A stretch of DNA of 55,355 bases, filler included, from Sphacelaria rigidula (taxonomy: Eukaryota): assembly GCA_964200075.2 (NCBI GenBank). It is 5 parts of 5 records of this genome, joined end to end, with 100 filler letters (N's around TTAATTAATTAA, not from the genome) between each part and the next. Parts side by side here need not be neighbours in the genome. Positions count along the whole stretch, not along the records: positions 44,368 to 55,355 come from CAXNAA020005569.1; 4 more parts are not named here. One strand, written 5' to 3'. Below the pieces are notes generated by a model. The model was not told where the DNA came from and did no database searches. It saw nothing but the letters and a program-made list of their open reading frames with translations. How positions within the stretch are numbered: position 1 is the first letter of the stretch; every line of letters begins with the position of its first letter. Below are positions 49,001 through 55,355 of the stretch, piece by piece. A program made the translations under genes and the position numbers.

Positions 49001-52000
49001 TGCATGTCTCCCTCGGTCAAGACTGTCTCTCGACATGAGTGTATCACATCTGGGTGCTTGTTTCGCAGCTACCGCCTGCACTTAAACTGACATACGAAAA
49101 GGCACGTACCTTTAACTTGGTGATAAGACGTATCCTGTCCCTATCTAGGTGTCGCACGTAATTTTCTATGTCCGTGTGGCTCTTTCCGACCTTTCTTGTG
49201 ATGTGGCAAAGGATTGAGCCGATTAGAAATTCGCACAAGACACGAAGAAACGCAAGCAAGGGGAGATACGATAAGTGTATTTTGTACGTCTGTCGACGTA
49301 TTGCGTTCACGCGACGTCACCCATCTACAGACAAAAAGGTGCCATAAACGCATTCATCAGACCCACGGACGTTATCTCGTTGACTACGCAGCGTGGTTGG
49401 TCGCCAGCCACGTTGCATAGTTGCGAGTAGCCAACAGCATGTATGTATAGCCATATATATTCCTCTGCGGGGCTACCGTAATCAAAATGTCGTTGCATAT
49501 GTACCTGTGCAGAACTGCTTCCATGGCCGTAGCAAATTATACAAGAGTGAATCCCCTCTCGCCTCCCCCGAACCGCTGGCCCTCACCTCTTCAGCTTCCG
49601 TATCCTTAATCTTCTGTATACCGAGACATACCCGCCGACGGTGTAACGGGTGGGTTACACCAAGCATGTGCTGCAAGTCGTTTTCCTCGAGTTTAAGTAG
49701 GAGAGCTCCGTCAACCTTGGCCCTTGAGAACTCTCTTCGATACTCGCCAAGTTCTAGCTCGTCTTCCAACCAATCTAATACCTGGCCCAGTATAAAATTT
49801 TTCGAACAGTATGTGCAGAAAATGCTCTGAAGCTGATTCGTTGATCGACGTAGTGCCGACGACGAAACGTCATTACCTCCATGGACGTGGGAGCATTCAT
49901 GGCCGGTGTAGGTACTAGTCGCTCACTTGTAGACTATTTGAAGAGCCCAAGCCCCAGGGTAAAATGTCTTCCTCTGTCAGCGCTGTGCTTTGCATTTCGC
50001 GATTGGCTTACACCGTTTGATACCGTTACCGCTTCAGGTGTAGCACCATCGTCGCTCGTGGCTGGTTCTGTTATCGATCATATAGGCGTTCCGTTCCGGA
50101 TTTGAACTGTGTGAGCTCGCTGCTGTGAGTTTTCAGCTCCATATACACATGATCGTTCACTGACTGTCACTGCGGGCCTACGCTTCAAAGGCCCACCCTG
50201 CACATGCGGCCATGTGCAGCCCATGAACTGTGACTGTACCTCCTGCACACCCCAATCGCACGGAGATTGTCTCTGTCTGTCCCTGCTTGCCGCAATAATG
50301 GCCTCATCGCGCGCCACGCCAGGTCCCAGGCCTCGACCGGACTGACTGGGTGGCATCATGGGATAGAGCTCGCCAGTGGAAGCGATTTTCACCTGAGTTG
50401 GTCAGAAACGAGAAAAGAGGACGGATGAAAGACAACCATGTGTTCATAAACTCCGATAGACTCGACATGTCGCTCCAGATGATGGATACGTTCCCGTGCT
50501 CTCAAGGGTTGATTCCACTTTATCGCCGTACCACCACAATGTTTCCCAAGCGCTTCATCAAAAACGTATCCCTTGCTCATCAAACATGTATTTTGCGTCT
50601 GTTTCAAACGGAATAGCCTTGCTCTCCTCTACCCCAACGCCGCTCTCTCTGGCGTCACTGGTCCAAATATTTGCCGCAAGACAAATCACCGTGGACACGT
50701 TTGCCTTGCCTGCATGTCTCGGTTGACGAGGTAGATTGGGATGTCGCCAAACTCCGCAAGAAACTGCCGACCGGGTCCATCCGGGGAAGGAAAATCGCTG
50801 TCCGTGTCGCTAGCCATGGCCAGCGAGCGAAACCTAGTCTCGCCCTCACTCACAGCTTTCAGCACGGTAGTGCGCTCGGCCCCTATACTGAGATCAACTG
50901 AGGCGGATTCTACATTATGCCCGGAGTAACTGTGGATACAATAAAAAGTGCAGACGGCAATGAGGTCTTTGTTAGAGCGGCGAGATGGCCAACCAATGAG
51001 TGACGTAAGTGGAACTTTCATATACGAAGCACACCTCATAAATGACTGCGCACTTGGCGTGGAAAGAGCGCTCAACTTAGCTGCACCAACACATTTCAAG
51101 GATCGGAGATTTGAGAGCAATACTCGTCATGGCGCGGGGGGTACGCACAAACGTCAACATGTGCGATGTTTCATTGCAATCCCCTCGCGCTCCGTGCCGG
51201 ATTCTTTTAGTTGGACCAGAAATATCGTACACAGACAAAAACATGGTCATCCGAAGCACGCAGGGAATCACATGTAACCAAACAAGCCATCCGCGACTCA
51301 CATTTTTCCTGAACGAGTGAGAAGCGCGGCACCCGTAACTCTCTGCTGCCCTTGCGTGTGCCCCATATCGCAGGCTCGAAAGGCAGCGTCTATAAGCTCC
51401 TCAAGCACTGTCATTCCACTCTCACCGTATGCCTGGGGTGGAGGAACGCGGTGAAACCGCCCATGTTGATTGGCCCACTACATGTTCCGAGTACGAGTTC
51501 GTGCCGGTCTTCAAAAGAGCACAACTCTCTCAAAGTTCAGCACACAAAAATGCCGCATCATGGACGGTATCCCAGCCGCTCACCTGCTGTCTTTTCAATA
51601 TTCGAATATACTGCAAGGCTGTAGACCGCAATCAACTCGATACAACAATATAATGTGGCCGACTTTCCTGCCAAACGGAATATTATTGTATGTCCGCGTT
51701 ACCTACGAACGAGAGCAGCCACTATATACCTGCATGCCAGAAAAGGTTTTGGTGTACGTCTCCCGAGCCATCGACCTCTGCGCCTCTCTTCCATCACCGC
51801 CATCAACTTGTACACCACCACCTTTGAAATTGAATCCTATTCGTGTGTCGATGCCACCGCGACTTCTAGGTGGCGTCGTTGTTGCAATAAGCTCTGTTAG
51901 AGACACTCCTCCTCCGGAGTTTTCGTGGTGGGGGGATGAGACCGCACCCCAGCCACCGCCACTCCGACTGGGCCCTAAACTCGGGCCGTCGCGACCACCT

Positions 52001-54065
52001 GGTGTTGACTTGGCCGTACTTCGCTGGCGAGTGGGCGAGTCAGCGGCGAACGCTTCGAGGCGTGATGGGCTGTTTTGGCGGGCTGCAGCAGCCGCTGCTT
52101 GCTTCTCGATCAGAGTCTTCATCGCGACCGAGCTAGTGTTGCAAATGTTGGTGTTCGCAAGAAGTTGCAGGGGGGGCGATAGTATTTGCACTCGTCATGT
52201 GGAGTTGCAGTATGAGTACGTCAGTGATATTTCTGTGGGCCGGCTCCTATTTCATTGTGTGTCTGTTTTCATCCCATCTATTCTTAACGCCAGTCTACAT
52301 CTTTCGGTGTATGTAGGCGCATCAGCCGGGGTCACACTGGAGGAAGGTCAAGACAGGCGTTTGTTTTGGGGGAGAGGATCGTATATGCGCTATTAAAGAT
52401 GAGTACAGTAGCAGCATCAACGTCGAGGGTCTTACCATAACCCCGGTCACCTGTAGCTCTCGGAGTTGAGAAGCCACAGCGAATTCTTGCCCTTTGCATA
52501 GGCTCTGAGCGGACTCCTAGATGACTGCGCATTATCTCTCGCTGTGTGCTACGCGACACCACGCGATATGGAGGAAAGACGCAATATGGGTGAGGGTGCG
52601 TGCGCTTTCACAGACAGCGATGTTTAGCCCACAACAGTGCTGGCACGGATCGATTGCGATTTTGTGGACAATTCAAGGACTGGGAGGTGTCAAAAAAGCG
52701 ACAGCACTTGATTGCACTCCATTTTTATCTTTGTTGCGCCCCTCCAATATATACGCCGTTAAAAAACATGCCCTGATACAGGCGCGCTCACCTTGCTGAA
52801 AAGGGTGAAAGTCCCTTGTTGGCGAAAAAACTCCCACACTCGTGCCAAAAGGCATACACATGGGTAAGGCGATCAACTCCTTGAATTTCCGCGTGTATCC
52901 TTTCTCAGCATATTTTCTGGATTACATCTCGGTGGGGATAGCGCGGCTATATTCACCGTGTTCCTAGAACCGCATCTCTCGCTGTAGACCGTGCACATGC
53001 ACCCATCGCGTAACTTTGAAGCTGAATGCACAGCGGTACTACGTACAGTAGCAGCACCTGGCTTTTTGACCGTCGAGGTGGGGTACACAGCGCCGAAGCC
53101 TGTTGTGGCCGCCGTTTCCGAGCAGGCGTAGTAACTCCCCGTGGCACAAGATCACGTGCTAGATCTAGAACCTTTTCCGGGGAGCACATGGTTGCATGTT
53201 GGCGTCAGAAGCAGTTATAATTACGTGTACAATACCGCTGCGGAGCCATTGTGCCCACCCGACCTCACTCTGTTGCGACCTCGACATGGGTTCATTCATC
53301 TCTCAGGCGGAACACTTGACAACAACCAGCTTCACATATACCACGATAAATGTTACGTCTGGGTCTATATAATGTTGGAGAGTAAGATGTACCCTCTATT
53401 TCAATTTGCGTCGAGCTACGTGGGAGTTCTCGTGCCTTGCCGTTATGTGCATGCGATCAGGCTCTCAAAGCCAGCACCAGCCGTCTGTGTTACTGCTTCT
53501 GTTTCCAGCCATATCTTGTTGGCTTTGTGCCGAAAACAGTTTGCGACACTAACCTGATCTGTGTGTTCCAGGGTGCGCTTGAACAGGGGACTAGAAGGGG
53601 CATCCCTGACTCTGTCGTTGCTGAAATGTGTGGCCATGTCACTGTCACGGCTAACTGGCCTCTGCTATACTCATCAGAACGAACCTCGCTCGCTGGCAAC
53701 GGGACCGTTTCAAGGCACGATCTTAGAATATCGCAAGGGTTGGTCATCCTCCGGTATTCGAGATTCGCCGTTTGTTTATGGATCAAATATTCGGAGGCGT
53801 TTGATCTCAAACATTTTCGCCTTTAGTATAGTGCAGTATAGGCGTACAGAAGAGTAGTACAACAGTCCTCGTTGGGTACACGCTGTGCTTCTGTTTTATG
53901 TGTCGAGAAGAAAAGCTACTCTACAAATACACACAATGGCAGAACGAAGATGAGGTAGTGCAGCGATGAGCTTACGTCATCCGCCGCGATCATAATCCCG
54001 TCGTTGCCGGGATCAGGCGGATCCCGCCTTGTTGCGCGAGGGGTTGCGGGATAAGGATTTGGCAT
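46038..54065 (-). CDS. Multidomain protein: N-terminal unknown region + cytidine-deaminase-like domain (Zn ligands absent) + SAM + two EF-hand-like pairs + R/S/D-rich tail. Exons 53976-54065, 53554-53664, 53047-53171, 52792-52899, 52451-52516, 51730-52132, 51302-51432, 50710-50929, 50240-50392, 49587-49781, 49110-49190, 48335-48504, 47540-47801, 47036-47287, 46038-46702
   Basis: All 14 joins are phase-consistent (3032 nt, ~1010 aa). CDA-like: ELIDAAFRAC...[42 protein letters not shown]...SPDGPGRQFLAEF...STGELYP. SAM: DWGVQEVLDWLEDELELGEYRREFSRAKVDGALLLKLEENDLQHMLGVTHPLHRRRVCLGI. EF-like: VFDRFDRRNTGNLSAADARAALKYIG...ISFVDF and VFDRFAVDGMLTANEALQAL...VTFFEFL. The five 5' exons are less certain. 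The 3' end either splices at 46037 (GTACCC) or stops at 46004. Confidence 0.8.
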
Positions 54066-54219
54066 CTTCCGCGGGGAGAGCACTCGTACACTTGAATAAA
54101 GTGGAGCACGTTCACATTGGCGTGTATGGGCGAAATATGACTACTTGTCGTAGGCGGGGTTCTCTCCTAGTTGCGAGTTACGACACCAGCGAACGCATCA
54201 CCTGGTAGCCGAGATCACT

Positions 54220-54228
54220 TGTGTGCTT

Positions 54229-54275
<47 letters not shown>

Positions 54276-54655
54276 TGTGTCTGTGTCTGTGCATGTGTGT
54301 GTTTCTGTGTGTCTGTGTGTGTGTGTTTCTGTGTGTCTGTGTGTGTGTGTATGTGAGAGTGTGTGTGTGTCTGTGTCTGTGTTTGTATGTGTCTGTGTCT
54401 GTGTGTGTGCGTGTCTGTGTGTATGCGTGTCTGTATCTCTGTGTGTCTGTGTGTCTGTGTGTCTGTATATCATGTCTGTGTGTCTGTGTGTCTGTGTGTC
54501 TGTGTGTCTGTTTGTGTGTCTGTGTCTGTCTGTCTGTCTGATCTGTGTCTGTGCCTGTGTCTGTCTGTCTCTGTCTGTGTGCCTATGTCTCTCTGTCTGC
54601 GTCTCTGTGCCTCTGTGTCCGTCTTTGTCTGCGTGCCTGTGCCTGTGCCTGTGCG
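54220..54655. repeat. Long degenerate (GT)n/(GTCT)n microsatellite
   Basis: ~430 bp of GT, GTGTCT and GTCT units; source of the Cys/Val-rich spurious ORFs. Confidence 0.95.
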
Positions 54656-55355
54656 TAATGAGAACAAGCAGACCTCACACGCCCATCATAGAGCAGACCG
54701 TCGAGGGTAGCATGTTCTGGTATTCGATTGAAGCTTTAGCCGTGTACCATTATTATAAGGTGCATGCATGAAATGCATATTGGACAAGTACATACATCTT
54801 GACTATGCTGGGCCCCACTCGGTATTAGAACTACCGTATACATGAATGCAGTGGTGTCGTTCTTATTTGCCGTTGGTGATAAACTAATCACATTGGGAGA
54901 CTATGGAACGATCACCCGCCCAGCGACCAAAAATGAGCGATTGATGTTTTTTTTTCACGTAGGAAAAAAAGCGGCGCTGCGCCGTATGCTTCGCTGCACT
55001 GTGCTCTGGCACCACCGCACAGTACTGTACTGCTGTGGTACTGACCGTGACCGGTGTTGGGCAGCACTCTCTTGAGAATGCTGCGTGGTTGAATTTGGCC
55101 ATGTGGCATCCTCTGCACTACTGACGATCAGCCAGCAAAATGCGCTTTTGGTCATTTGCGAGTGTGCGGGGCTCAGAAAAACGTGAATCTAGTACAAAAA
55201 AAGTACCACCAAAAGAGCTACTTTTTGCTCGTAACAATAAATTGTGCGAATTGAGGTTTAACTCCGAGATGAGGTTCAAGCCTAAAACAAACAGTGTTTT
55301 CGTGAGATTGAGAGTAGATGATACGATTGAGAGTGAAAAGCGGTCAATCAGTGAA

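Noticed and set aside
51470-52396. 308-aa plus-strand ORF
   Set aside because: Antisense to exon 51730-52132 of the minus-strand gene; no recognisable domain.
54198-54771. Cys/Val-rich and His/Thr-rich ORFs
   Set aside because: Translations of the GT microsatellite.

Overview
Eukaryotic, intron-rich DNA. The small exons, 0.1-2 kb introns and TE-laden intergenic DNA resemble brown algae or other stramenopiles, but this taxon is an inference only. The window is not one locus. It consists of five contigs of 10992, 10992, 10992, 10991 and 10988 bp, sorted by length and joined by identical 100-nt linkers (44N-TTAATTAATTAA-44N). Contig 1 carries a two-exon non-RD Ser/Thr kinase. Contig 2 carries an AKR7-like aldo-keto reductase and a decayed Ty3/gypsy integrase remnant. 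Contig 3 carries four internal exons of an atypical MAP kinase with TEH instead of TxY, embedded in repeats. Contig 4 has probable exons of a coiled-coil protein plus palindromic MITEs. Contig 5 has a decayed LINE RT and a 15-exon minus-strand gene (>=1010 aa, reconstructed by hand with consistent splice phases). That gene fuses a cytidine-deaminase-like domain lacking all three Zn-binding Cys to a SAM domain, two EF-hand-like pairs and an R/S/D-rich tail, and it is the most unusual item here. A second notable item is a ~72-bp poly-C-tailed repeat with conserved stems, found both solo and as the terminal repeat of a ~0.55-0.6 kb element.
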